Shown piece by piece: positions 8,626 through 17,755 of a DNA stretch of 64,000 nt (position 1 is the first letter of the stretch; every line of letters starts with the position of its first letter). Made by a program: the position numbers and the translations under genes. Source of the DNA: Actinomycetota bacterium (GTDB taxonomy: Bacteria; Actinomycetota; Acidimicrobiia; IMCC26256; JACPCJ01); assembly GCA_016179865.1 (NCBI GenBank), contig JACPCJ010000099.1:3786-67785 (forward strand), read 5' to 3'. The notes below the pieces were generated by a model. The model worked only from the letters and a program-made list of their open reading frames with translations, was not told the DNA's origin and searched no databases.

Positions 8626-9543
8626 TCATCGACCACCCGTTGACGCTGCCGAGCGGGCGGCAGCAAAGAAGGCCTCGACGGCCGGGTCGCGCCGTCGGGA
8701 CTCCCGGTAGAGCCAGACGGTCTCGGTCATCGCCCTGCCCTCAAAGGTGAGCGTGCGCACCGGTCGGGTCGGGATGGCGTCGTTGGCGACGATGGCGGTT
8801 CCCACTCCGTGGTCGGCCAGAGCGAGGAGGGCAGCCGGACTGCTGCTCTCGACCTCGATTCGGGGCTCGAAGCCGGCAACGCGACACGCCGCCTCCAGCC
8901 GCTGCCGGGAGAAGTACCCCGGAGGGCTCACAACGAGCGGCACATCGCGCAGCGCGGTGACGGCTACGCGGGAACGTCGCGCGGTGGGCTCCTTCGCGTC
9001 GCGCAACGGGGGAACGGCGACGACGGTGACCTGATAGGCGGCGAAGCCGTCGAGGTCGGTGGCGTCCTCGACCGGCGGGCTGGTGATCACATCGGTGGCC
9101 CCAGCGCGAAGGAACCCGACAAGCGAGGTCGACGGGTCGACGGCCCCGGAACCCTCGAGCCCGTACTCACTGATTTCGATGGCGATCTTTGGATGGCTCT
9201 CCCGGAAGGCGGCGATCACGGGAGCGAGGAAGACCACGATGTGTGGCGCGAAGCAGCCGACCCGGACCCGGCCCGTCTGTCCCAAGCGCAACTCGTGGGC
9301 GAGCGTTCGGATGCGGCCGGCCCCGCCGAGGAGTTGGTCGGCCCGGTCCAGGAGGAGCAGCCCCGCGGCGGTGATCCGCACCCGGCGCCCCACCCGCTCG
9401 AACAGCGCGACGCCCAGCTCGCGCTCGAGTTCGTGCACCTGCTTCCACATCGCCGGTTGGGCGATGTGGAGCCGCCGTGCGGCCGCCGTATAGGTGCCTT
9501 CGCGCGCAACGGCCGAAAAGTACTCGAGCTGGCGTAACTCCAC
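8626..9543 (-). CDS. LysR-family transcriptional regulator
   Basis: ELRQLEYF..AARRLHIAQPA..LERELGVALFER..TAAG HTH; divergent from a membrane protein gene. Confidence 0.92.
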   Translation of the reverse strand: MELRQLEYFSAVAREGTYTAAARRLHIAQPAMWKQVHELERELGVALFERVGRRVRITAAGLLLLDRADQLLGGAGRIRTLAHELRLGQTGRVRVGCFAPHIVVFLAPVIAAFRESHPKIAIEISEYGLEGSGAVDPSTSLVGFLRAGATDVITSPPVEDATDLDGFAAYQVTVVAVPPLRDAKEPTARRSRVAVTALRDVPLVVSPPGYFSRQRLEAACRVAGFEPRIEVESSSPAALLALADHGVGTAIVANDAIPTRPVRTLTFEGRAMTETVWLYRESRRRDPAVEAFFAAARSAASTGGR

Positions 9544-9646
9544 GATCCAAATACTATCTGTAAAGAAGCAAACTCATGCGATCTATGTAGTGGCAGAATC
9601 GATGACGCCGTCTTACCGTCGAAGGCGACGAGAGGAGAGCGTCACC

Positions 9647-10333
9647 ATGAAACCAGTCGCAGGCGGGCGGGCCGCCGTCATCACGGGAATCGGGCTTGCC
9701 CTCTTCCTGCCCCTGTTCACCGCGGTGCTTCCGGCGGCCGGGCTGACCCAGGCCAATCTCAGCGATCCGACCGAACTCGATGCCTTCGTACGCCACCACT
9801 GGGCCCTCTTCACCCTGCCCTACCTCGACGGACTGATCCTGCACGTCGCCGGGTTGGTCGCGGTGATCGCCGTATACCGGCGCTTGGCCGATCGGTCGCC
9901 GTGGGTGATGCCCGCCACCATCGGTGGACTGGCGTGGATGGTGCTCGACGTCGCCCAGAACGGCACCGGCCTCTACGCCTCCCATGAGATCGTCTCCCAC
10001 GCCACTTCGGCCGTGTCCGGCCCGCAACTGGTGCTCGTCGGCCACCTCACGACCGGACTTCGATTGGCGGGGCACGTCTTCGGGGGCCTGTGGGTGCTCG
10101 TGATCGGCGCCGTCGCACTCCGCCAGGGTGGCCTGCCTCGCGGAATGGGATGGCTGGGGGTGGCGGCCGGCGCATTGATGTCGCTCAACGTCGCCATCCC
10201 CCCGACCCAGTTCCCGCTGTTCGTGCTGCTGCCCGTCTGGTTCATCTGGCTCGGAGCCACGCTGGTACGCACGGGGGCCGCCACCGACCCGGTGCAGGAC
10301 GCCGCGACGGAGCCCGCGGGGAGTCTTCGATGA
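9647..10333 (+). CDS. DUF4386-like integral membrane protein
   Basis: ~6 hydrophobic helices, LPRGMGWLG..VWFIWLG; AGAGGAG upstream of ATG 9647. Confidence 0.7.
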   Translation: MKPVAGGRAAVITGIGLALFLPLFTAVLPAAGLTQANLSDPTELDAFVRHHWALFTLPYLDGLILHVAGLVAVIAVYRRLADRSPWVMPATIGGLAWMVLDVAQNGTGLYASHEIVSHATSAVSGPQLVLVGHLTTGLRLAGHVFGGLWVLVIGAVALRQGGLPRGMGWLGVAAGALMSLNVAIPPTQFPLFVLLPVWFIWLGATLVRTGAATDPVQDAATEPAGSLR

Positions 10334-10375
10334 ACGCGCGCCCGTACAGGCTGCGCGGATAGGTCACGCTGGTCG

Positions 10376-10412
10376 TGCGAAACGACTTCCTGGGCAGGCT
10401 TCGCCTGCCCAG
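10376..10412. repeat. 37-bp hairpin element, copy 1
   Basis: TGCGAAACGACTTCCTGGGCAGGCTTCGCCTGCCCAG; 34/37 identical to 52324-52360. Confidence 0.75.
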
Positions 10413-10423
10413 ACGCCTTCACG

Positions 10424-10476
10424 CCGTTCTCGGGCAAGTTACCCACGTCCCGGGTGGGAAACTTGCCCGAGAACGG
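10424..10476. repeat. 53-bp palindrome (family B) between convergent genes
   Basis: Perfect 17-bp arms CCGTTCTCGGGCAAGTT / AACTTGCCCGAGAACGG, 19-nt spacer with CCCAC/GTGGG. Confidence 0.85.
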
Positions 10477-10486
10477 AGAGGAGGGG

Positions 10487-11143
10487 TCAGACGATGCGGC
10501 GGTCGCTGGCCCAGCGCGACAGCTCGTGGCGGTTGGAGAGCTGGAGCTTCCGCAGCACCGCCGAGGCGTGGGTCTCGACCGTCTTCACCGAGATCGAGAG
10601 CTGGCCGGCGATCTCCTTGTACGTGTAGCCCCGGGCGAGGTAGCGGAGCACGTCGCGCTCGCGGGCCGTGAGCTGGTCGAGGTCGGCGTCACCGGTCGCG
10701 GGCCCGTCACCCGAGAGTGGGTCGGCAAAGGCGTCGAGCACGAACCCGGCCAGCCGGGGTGAGAAAACGGCGTCGCCGTCGCGCACCCGCTCGATGGCGG
10801 CGACCAGTTCGGGCCCGGTGATGGTCTTGGTGACGTATCCGCGAGCCCCGGCCCGGATCACGCCGATGACGTCCTCGGGGGCGTCGGAGACCGACAGGGC
10901 GAGGAAACGGACGTCGCCATTCTTCGCCAGCACCTCCTCGATCACGGCCCGGCCGCCGCCGCCCGGCATATGAACGTCGACGAGCACCACCTCGGGTTGG
11001 CGCTCCAGGACCAGCTCGACGGCGGCCGCCACCTCGTCGGCCTCGCCCACCAGCTCCACGGCGTCGCCCAGCTCGGCCTTGACGCCCGAACGGAAGAGCT
11101 GGTGGTCGTCGACGAGGAACACCTTCGGCCTGGTTTCAGGCAT
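10487..11143 (-). CDS. NarL/LuxR-family response regulator
   Basis: LVDDH, VLVDVHMP, GARGYVTK, LTARERDVL..KTVETH. Confidence 0.93.
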   Translation of the reverse strand: MPETRPKVFLVDDHQLFRSGVKAELGDAVELVGEADEVAAAVELVLERQPEVVLVDVHMPGGGGRAVIEEVLAKNGDVRFLALSVSDAPEDVIGVIRAGARGYVTKTITGPELVAAIERVRDGDAVFSPRLAGFVLDAFADPLSGDGPATGDADLDQLTARERDVLRYLARGYTYKEIAGQLSISVKTVETHASAVLRKLQLSNRHELSRWASDRRIV

Positions 11144-12431
11144 TGGAGGGGGCCTGCTCCCCGCTCTGCGGGGCCGCTCGGGCCCCGGGCATCATCAGTT
11201 CGACTTCGGCGCCCTCGCCGAGGGTGCTGCGCACGTTGGCGCTGCCCCCGTGACGCTGCATGCGGCCCCGGATCGACTCGGCGATGCCCTGGCGGTCAGG
11301 CGGCACCGTCTCGGGAATGAAGCCGGCCCCCCGATCCCGTACGTAGGCGGTCACGCCCCCGCCCGTCACCTCGACGTAGACCGAGACGGTGGGCGCGCCC
11401 GAGAACTTCGCCGCGTTGACCATCGCCTCCTTGGCGGCACTCACCAGCGCTTCGAGGCGCTCGTCGAGACCGGCGTCACCCACCGTCACGACGTCCACGA
11501 CGACGCCGAAGAGGTCTTCCACCTCGGCTGCGGCTCGGCTCATGGCGGCCTTCAGCGTGACGCCGTCGGTCGCGGGCGCCACGCCGAACAGCCAGTCCCT
11601 GAGTTCACGCTCCTGACGGCGGGCCAGGCGCGCCGTCTCGGTGGCGTCGCCCGCCTTCTGTTGGATCAGCGCCAGGGTCTGGAGCACGGAGTCGTGGATG
11701 CGAGCGGCGACCTCGGCGCGCTCCTCGGACCGGATCCGGCGCCGGCGCTCCTCAACGAGGTCGCGCCCCAAACGCAGCCACCAGGGGCCGAAGATGAGGA
11801 GCAGGCCGGTGATGGTGAGGCCCACGGCAAGCCCCACGTCGCCGATCTCGTGCCACTCGGTGTTGGCGATGCCGAAGACGACGATCCCGACCGTCACCGC
11901 CACGATCCCGACGCCAATGCGCAGGAGCGCCCGCCGGTTCTCGTGGACGCCGAGCCCCCGGCGCAGAGCCAGGCCCGTCGACTCGGGCCACACGAGGGCC
12001 AGCCCGCCGGCCGCGAGCACGAGGGGCCAGATGAACTTGTCGCCGATCCAGAGTCCGGTCTCCCGGAGCAGGAGCAGCGTGCCGAGCGACAAGAGGACGA
12101 TCGCCAGCACGCGCTGCGACCGGTCGCGGGCGCTGCCCGTCCCCATCTTGGCGGCGACCGAGCGGCCGTTGTCGTCGGGCATCCCCACCCACAGGGCGCC
12201 ATAGAGCACCGCGCCGAAGCCGCCGCTCAGCCCGAGGACCACGAAGGCAACGCGCACGATCACGGGGTCAATCCCGAGCCAGCGGGCGAGCCCCGCGCAC
12301 ACGCCCGCGACGATGCGCTCGTCCGAACTCCGGGCGATGGAGCGGGCGCTGCGGGCTGGTGTGGGGGTCGAGGAAGTGCCTTCCGTACCCCGATGATCGC
12401 GCGCTCGGCAGGGCTCCTCTATGAGGGGCAC
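11136..12431 (-). CDS. PspC-domain sensor histidine kinase
   Basis: IVAGVCAGLARWLGIDPVIVRVAF (PspC), several TMs, ARIHDSVLQTL H-box, NAAKFSG, VRDRGAGF; start uncertain. Confidence 0.88.
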   Translation of the reverse strand: MPLIEEPCRARDHRGTEGTSSTPTPARSARSIARSSDERIVAGVCAGLARWLGIDPVIVRVAFVVLGLSGGFGAVLYGALWVGMPDDNGRSVAAKMGTGSARDRSQRVLAIVLLSLGTLLLLRETGLWIGDKFIWPLVLAAGGLALVWPESTGLALRRGLGVHENRRALLRIGVGIVAVTVGIVVFGIANTEWHEIGDVGLAVGLTITGLLLIFGPWWLRLGRDLVEERRRRIRSEERAEVAARIHDSVLQTLALIQQKAGDATETARLARRQERELRDWLFGVAPATDGVTLKAAMSRAAAEVEDLFGVVVDVVTVGDAGLDERLEALVSAAKEAMVNAAKFSGAPTVSVYVEVTGGGVTAYVRDRGAGFIPETVPPDRQGIAESIRGRMQRHGGSANVRSTLGEGAEVELMMPGARAAPQSGEQAPSNA

Positions 12432-12481
12432 CCCTGAGAACCATCGGGGTGCCTCAGGGATCGTTCAGGGTCTCCCCTCAT
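12421..12481. promoter_or_regulatory. Array of TCAGGG/CCCTGA boxes between divergent pspC-type genes
   Basis: TGAGGG-N4-CCCTGA (12422-12437), TCGGGG 12444, TCAGGG 12454, TCAGGG-N4-CCCTCA (12465-12480); ~10-11 bp phasing. Confidence 0.65.
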
Positions 12482-12516
12482 TCACGCCACGCACGGTTCA
12501 GGCGCACGATGAGCGC

Positions 12517-13707
12517 ATGAACGACCAGGCGAACGAGACCCCTCAGCCCACGCCTACCCAGCCTGCGGTCGCCCGGCCCCGCCGCCTCACCCGGAGTGTC
12601 GACGACAAGGTCGTGGCCGGCGTCGCCGGGGGCCTGGGCGAGTACTTCGGCGTTGACCCCGTCGTCTTCCGCATCGGCTTCGTGGCCGTCACACTCCTCG
12701 GGGGGTCGGGAATCCTGCTCTACCTGGTGGGGTGGCTGGTCCTCCCAAAAGGTGACGGGGGTCGGTCGGTCGGTAGTGATCTGGTCCGGCGCGGCTCGGC
12801 CCCCACGGTCATCGGCGCCCTCCTCATCGGGCTGGCGATCCTCTTCCTCGCCCACGACACCTTTCATTGGGGCGCGGGGCGCCCCCTCCTGTCGCTGGCC
12901 CTGATCGGGTCGGGCGCGGCGCTGCTCTGGTGGCGAGCCGACGCTAGGGGCGACGACATCGCGTCGGCGCCTCCCTCTCCGCGGGTGCCCCCTTCCCGGG
13001 TAGCCCCGACGCCGCCCGAGGTGCCGCCCGAGATCCCTCCGGCCCCTCCTGTTCCCCCTGTCCCCAGCCCGCCGCCTCCCTCGACGCCGCCGCGGAGGCC
13101 GCGGCGATCGCCCCTCGGGCGGGCCACGCTGGCCGTGATCCTCATCATGGGGGGGCTGGCCGGCCTGGCTGACGCCGCCGAGGTCGCCGACGTCAGCGCT
13201 GACGGAGTGGTCGCCGGCGCCCTGATCATCACCGGGCTCGGCCTGGTCGTCGGTGCGTTCTGGGGTCGGGCCAAGTGGCTCATCATCGTGGGTGTCATCC
13301 TCACGCTCGTCCTCGGCGGCGCTTCCACGTTCGACGTCCCCCTGGAAGGCGGATTCGGCGAGCGACGCTCGGTTCCCGACGACTTGAGCGAGGTGCGCCC
13401 CGAATACCGGCTCTTCGCCGGCGAGCTTCGCCTCGACTTCAGCCGGGTCGACTTCCCGGCCCGCACCACCCGGATCGAGGCCAGCGTGGGCTTCGGCGAG
13501 CTGTGGGTCGAAATCCCCGAGGGCGTGACCGTGGTGGCTGACGCCCACGTCGACGCCGGTCAGGTGCGGGTGCTGGGCGAGCGAGACGACGGCCTCGACG
13601 CCCGGGCCCGGCGACGGGTCGATGGGCCCGCGGGATCGGGGCGGCTCGTGCTCGAACTTCGAGTCGGTGGCGGCGAGATCCACGTCACCAGCGGAGGTGA
13701 ACGGTGA
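12517..13707 (+). CDS. PspC-domain membrane protein with LiaF-like C-terminal domain
   Basis: RSVDDKVVAGVAGGLGEYFGVDPVVFRIGF; TMs; Pro-rich linker; GELRLDFS..VGFGELWVEIP. Confidence 0.85.
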   Translation: MNDQANETPQPTPTQPAVARPRRLTRSVDDKVVAGVAGGLGEYFGVDPVVFRIGFVAVTLLGGSGILLYLVGWLVLPKGDGGRSVGSDLVRRGSAPTVIGALLIGLAILFLAHDTFHWGAGRPLLSLALIGSGAALLWWRADARGDDIASAPPSPRVPPSRVAPTPPEVPPEIPPAPPVPPVPSPPPPSTPPRRPRRSPLGRATLAVILIMGGLAGLADAAEVADVSADGVVAGALIITGLGLVVGAFWGRAKWLIIVGVILTLVLGGASTFDVPLEGGFGERRSVPDDLSEVRPEYRLFAGELRLDFSRVDFPARTTRIEASVGFGELWVEIPEGVTVVADAHVDAGQVRVLGERDDGLDARARRRVDGPAGSGRLVLELRVGGGEIHVTSGGER

Positions 13708-13928
13708 ACCGGCATGGCCTCGACGTGACGTCGCTGATTGCAGGACTCGTGTTCGTCGGCCTCGGCGCCGCCTTCCTGTCCGACGCCGTCACGGGCTTCA
13801 ACCTCCAGGTGCGCTGGGTGTGGCCCTCGCTTCTCCTCGGCCTCGGCTTCGCCTTCCTGCTGTCGGGGGCGCGGCGGGGCGAGGGCGGCGGCGACGACGG
13901 AGAGGCGCCGTTGGGCATCGACTCGTGA
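13704..13928 (+). CDS. Small 2-TM membrane protein
   Basis: DVTSLIAGLVFVGLG..WVWPSLLLGLG; GTGA overlap and GGAGG upstream. Confidence 0.7.
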   Translation: MNRHGLDVTSLIAGLVFVGLGAAFLSDAVTGFNLQVRWVWPSLLLGLGFAFLLSGARRGEGGGDDGEAPLGIDS

Positions 13929-14103
13929 TGAGCCCCTCCAACGTCCACGAGCTGCTCGCCCGGTGGACGAGCCTCGTCGAACGCCAAGCCCGTCGGAGCC
14001 AGCCCCGACCCGCACTGGAGCCGGCCTGGGAGCGGGCCAAGGCGAACTCATACACTGACGGCCCCGGCCCCGCGCAGGGTCCGGTTCCGTCAGGAGGAGC
14101 ACC

Positions 14104-15281
14104 ATGCCCGGTTCCGTGATCATCGGCACAGCCCGTACCCCCATCGGCAAGCTGTCGGGAGCGTTCTCCGACTTCTCCGCCATGGACCTGGGCGGGGTCG
14201 CGGTCAAGGCCGCCCTCGAGCGGGCGGGCGTGGCGCCCGATGCCGTGAACTACGTGATCATGGGCCAGGTGCTCCAGGCCGGGCAGGGGCAGATCACCGC
14301 CCGCCAGGCGGCCGTGAAGGCCGGCATTCCCATGAGCGTGCCGTCGATCACCATCAACAAGGTGTGCCTGTCGGGGCTCAACGCCATCTACCTCGCCGAC
14401 CAGATGATCCAGGCGGGTGAGGCCGACATCGTGGTGGCCGGGGGCATGGAATCGATGACCAACGCCCCCTACATCCTCGACAAGGCCCGCGCCGGGTACC
14501 GGATGGGGAACGGGGAGCTCATCGACTCAATGGTCAATGACGGTCTGTGGTGCGCCTTCGACTGCGTGCGGGGTCGGGCACGGAGAAGTACGCCGCCCAG
14601 TACGCCGTTCCTCGGGAGCGCCAGGACGAGATGGCGGCCAAGAGCCACGAGCGGGCGGCCAACGCCATCAAGGAAGGCCGCTTCGAGACCGAGATCGCGC
14701 CGGTCGAGGTGCCCCAGCGCAAGGGCGATCCCATCGTCGTCGACACCGACGAGGGCGTGCGCCCGGAGACGACCGTCGAGTCGCTCGCCGGCCTTCGCCC
14801 CGCCTTCGGCGAAGGGGGCACCATCACGGCGGGGAACGCGTCCCAAATCTCCGACGGCGGCGCCGCCGTCGTCGTGACGAGCAAGGAGAAGGCCGAGCAG
14901 CTCGGCGCCGAGCCCCTCGCCGAGCTGGTGTCCTTCGGCATGGTCGCCGGCCCCGACCCGTCGCTCATGACCCAGCCCAGCCGGGCCATCGCCCAGGCCC
15001 TCGAGCGCGCCGGCAAGCAGGTCGGCGACGTCGACCTGTTCGAGATCAACGAGGCCTTCGCCGCCGTCGGGCTGGCGTCGATGGACGAGCTGGGCGTGAC
15101 CGACGAGGTGGCCAACGTCAACGGCGGGGCCATCGCCCTCGGCCACCCGGTCGGGATGTCGGGCACGCGGGTCGCGCTGACCCTGCTGCATGAACTGCGC
15201 CGTCGCGGCGGCGGCCTCGGCGCCGCCGCCCTCTGCGGCGGCGGCGGGCAGGGCGACGCCGTCCTGCTCCAGACGCTTTAG
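14104..15281 (+). pseudogene. Acetyl-CoA C-acetyltransferase (thiolase), frameshifted at ~14569
   Basis: ORF 14104 has ARTPIG, TINKVCLSG, GGMESM; ORF 14547 has GNASQISDG, EINEAFA, NGGAIALGHP, LCGGGGQG; the join lacks the usual HM of the HMG motif. Confidence 0.88.
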
Positions 15282-15322
15282 GACGCTCACCGGGTCGGCT
15301 GAGGGCGACTAGCGTCCGTTTC

Positions 15323-16072
15323 GTGGCCTTTCAACCGACGCACGTGGTGCCCCAGGGAGGCCTGCCCGCGTGGGCGTCGCCCGACGGGTCCCTGCCACCC
15401 GCGACCAATCTCGAACCCGGCACCGAGCTCGCGGCCGGCGAGGTGCGGGGGGAGTGGATGTTCGTGACGGCTGAGAGCGGGTGGTCGGGCTGGGTCGACG
15501 GATCGGGGCTGGTAGCCGCGGGCGCCATCATGACCGCCGGCCCTCCCGGCGCTGCGCCGCCGGCGCTCATCTCCGGACAGCCCGACGCCGTGGTGCTCGG
15601 CGGGCAGGTCTGGCCGCTGGCCTCGATCGGCCAACGCATCGGGGCCCGCGTCCTCGACACGATCATCATCTTCGCCGCCACCATGGTCTTCGTGTTCATC
15701 GGTGCCGCGCTTTTCCTGGGCGGCCTGGGGTCGGGCGACAGCGACGCCTTTGGCGCCGGTGTTTGGTTCTTCATTCTCACCGGTATCGTCGGTCTCGCCG
15801 GCGGCATCCTCTACGAGGCGCTGTTTGTCAGCGCCAAGGGAGCAACGCCCGGAAAGATGATGGTCGGGATCCGAGTGGCCGCCATCGAGACCGCCGGAAA
15901 CCCCACGTTCGGCAAGGCCTTCCTGCGCTGGCTCATCCCGTGGGTCGCCAACCTCCTTCCCTACGCCGGATTCCTCGTGTCGATCCTCGTCTACCTCTCG
16001 GCCACGTGGGGTCAGAACCGCCGCGGATGGCACGACATGGTCGCCTCGACCGTGGTGCTGCGCAGCCGGTGA
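15323..16072 (+). CDS. SH3-like domain + RDD-family membrane protein
   Basis: [22 protein letters not shown]; then [39 protein letters not shown]. Confidence 0.85.
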   Translation: MAFQPTHVVPQGGLPAWASPDGSLPPATNLEPGTELAAGEVRGEWMFVTAESGWSGWVDGSGLVAAGAIMTAGPPGAAPPALISGQPDAVVLGGQVWPLASIGQRIGARVLDTIIIFAATMVFVFIGAALFLGGLGSGDSDAFGAGVWFFILTGIVGLAGGILYEALFVSAKGATPGKMMVGIRVAAIETAGNPTFGKAFLRWLIPWVANLLPYAGFLVSILVYLSATWGQNRRGWHDMVASTVVLRSR

Positions 16073-16082
16073 CGAAGCCCCA

Positions 16083-16601
16083 GTGACCTTCCAACCGACC
16101 CACGTCGTGCCCCAAGGAGGGCTCCCCGCGTGGAACACGCCGGATGGCTCGCATCCACCGGCGGCCACCCTCGCCCCGGGTACCGAGCTCCAGCTCGTGG
16201 AACAAAGGGGGGCGTGGGCAAGCGTCGCCGCCTCCAACGGCTGGCGGGGATGGGTCAGCGCCGCCTATCTCGTGGCCCGAGCCGGCCCGCCGCTCGCCGG
16301 CACTGTCGGCTATCCCCAGCCCGCTCCCGGCGGGTGGGTGCCGCCGCAACAGCAGCCGCACTACGCCCCCCGCACCAACGGCATGGCGGTGGCGTCCATG
16401 GTGCTCGGGATCCTGTGGCTGTACTGGCTGGGGTCGATCCTGGCCCTGATCTTCGGCTACGTGGCCAAGAGCCAGATCGACCAGTCGCGGGGGACCCAGG
16501 GGGGCCGGGGCATGGCCGTCGCCGGAATCGTCCTCGGGTGGGTCGGCGTGGGCACCCTGACCATCGTCATTCTCATCGCCGTCGCCGCCTCGACTTCCTA
16601 A
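16083..16601 (+). CDS. SH3-like domain + DUF4190 membrane protein
   Basis: [23 protein letters not shown]; then [37 protein letters not shown]. Confidence 0.85.
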   Translation: MTFQPTHVVPQGGLPAWNTPDGSHPPAATLAPGTELQLVEQRGAWASVAASNGWRGWVSAAYLVARAGPPLAGTVGYPQPAPGGWVPPQQQPHYAPRTNGMAVASMVLGILWLYWLGSILALIFGYVAKSQIDQSRGTQGGRGMAVAGIVLGWVGVGTLTIVILIAVAASTS

Positions 16602-16816
16602 GCCTCGATCCACCGATCTGAGCGGCCGAGGGGCGTGACGAAGGCTGTCGGCGGCTTCTCGAGCGAGTTCTGCACCTCGCGACGCACGGCGCCTTGCTCC
16701 AGAACGCGTCCCGTGGTCAGCAGGCGCTCGGGAGAGCGCGGAGCCGGACGGCGGCGCCGTGGAGGGCCCAGTTCCTCGCTGTCGGGAGTTGTCTTCCGCG
16801 GAAGAGTGACCTCGTC

Positions 16817-16867
16817 GTTCTGGAGCAAGTCTGCATGCGTGGCCGGGTCGAGAACTTGCTCCAGAAC
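16817..16867. repeat. 51-bp palindrome (family B) at the recR 3' breakpoint
   Basis: Perfect 14-bp arms GTTCTGGAGCAAGT / ACTTGCTCCAGAAC; a further half-copy CTTGCTCCAGAAC at 16693-16705. Confidence 0.85.
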
Positions 16868-16880
16868 AGCGGGAAGCCGA

Positions 16881-17414
16881 CTCTCCGCCGACCGGAAGCC
16901 CGCTGGCGATCCTGGTGACCCGGAGCCCGAGCGGGCCGAGGACCTTCACGAGATACAGGGCCGTCGCCTCCCCCTCGATGTTGGGGTTGGTGGCCAGGAT
17001 GACCTCCTCGACCGCGCCCTGGCCGAGGCGTTCCAGCAGTTCCTTCACCCGCAGCTGCTCCGGCCCGACCCCTTCGAGGGGACTGATGGCCCCCTGGAGC
17101 ACGTGATACCGACCCCGAAAGCCACCGGTGCGCTCGATCGCCACGACGTCGCGCGCGTCCTCGACCACGCACACCACCGATCGGTCGCGCCGGTCGTCAG
17201 CGCAGATGCGGCACTGGTCGCCCTCGGCGAGGTTGAAGCACTCGCGGCACCACGCGATGCGCTCGCGAGCTTCCACGACGGCGGCGGCGAGGCGGCGGGC
17301 GTCCTCGGCGGGGACCCGCAGGATGTGAAACGCCAGCCGCTGGGCCGACTTCGGGCCGATCCCGGGCAGGCGACCCAGCTCTTCGATCAGGTCTTGTACG
17401 GGGCCTTCGTACAC
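16881..17414 (-). pseudogene. recR: Recombination mediator RecR, C-terminus disrupted
   Basis: [16 protein letters not shown]4 zinc finger, Toprim [27 protein letters not shown]; homology stops near residue 178 and the frame runs on to 15933. Confidence 0.88.
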
Positions 17415-17419
17415 CGGCG

Positions 17420-17755
17420 TCAGGGACCGAGCAGGCCGCCGAGGCCGCCGACGTCGCCGAGCCCCCCGGCCACATTCCCGAGGCGTTGGGCCTGAAGCTC
17501 ACTCGCTCGGCGAGCGGCGTCGTTGATGGCGGCGACGATGAGGTCTTGCAGCATCTCGACCTCTTCAGGATCGACCACGTCGGGCGCGATGGAGATCGAC
17601 CGCAGGTCACCGCTGCCGCTCATCTCAGCGCGAACCACGCCGCCGCCGGCGGTCCCCTCCACCGTCTCCTCGGCGAGCGTTTCCTGGGCCTCGAGCATCT
17701 GGGCCTGCATCTGCTGAACCTGCTTCATCATCTGATCGAGTTCATCCCGGTTCAC
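17420..17755 (-). CDS. ybaB: YbaB/EbfC nucleoid-associated protein
   Basis: [35 protein letters not shown]; between dnaX and recR. Confidence 0.93.
   Translation of the reverse strand: MNRDELDQMMKQVQQMQAQMLEAQETLAEETVEGTAGGGVVRAEMSGSGDLRSISIAPDVVDPEEVEMLQDLIVAAINDAARRASELQAQRLGNVAGGLGDVGGLGGLLGP

Noticed and set aside
13928-14119. 63-aa ORF coupled by TGATG
   Set aside because: No recognisable motif; runs over the thiolase TACACT box, RBS and start. Cannot be excluded
15933-16880. 493-aa RecR fusion protein
   Set aside because: The extension is low-complexity read-through antisense to the DUF4190 gene, caused by loss of the stop
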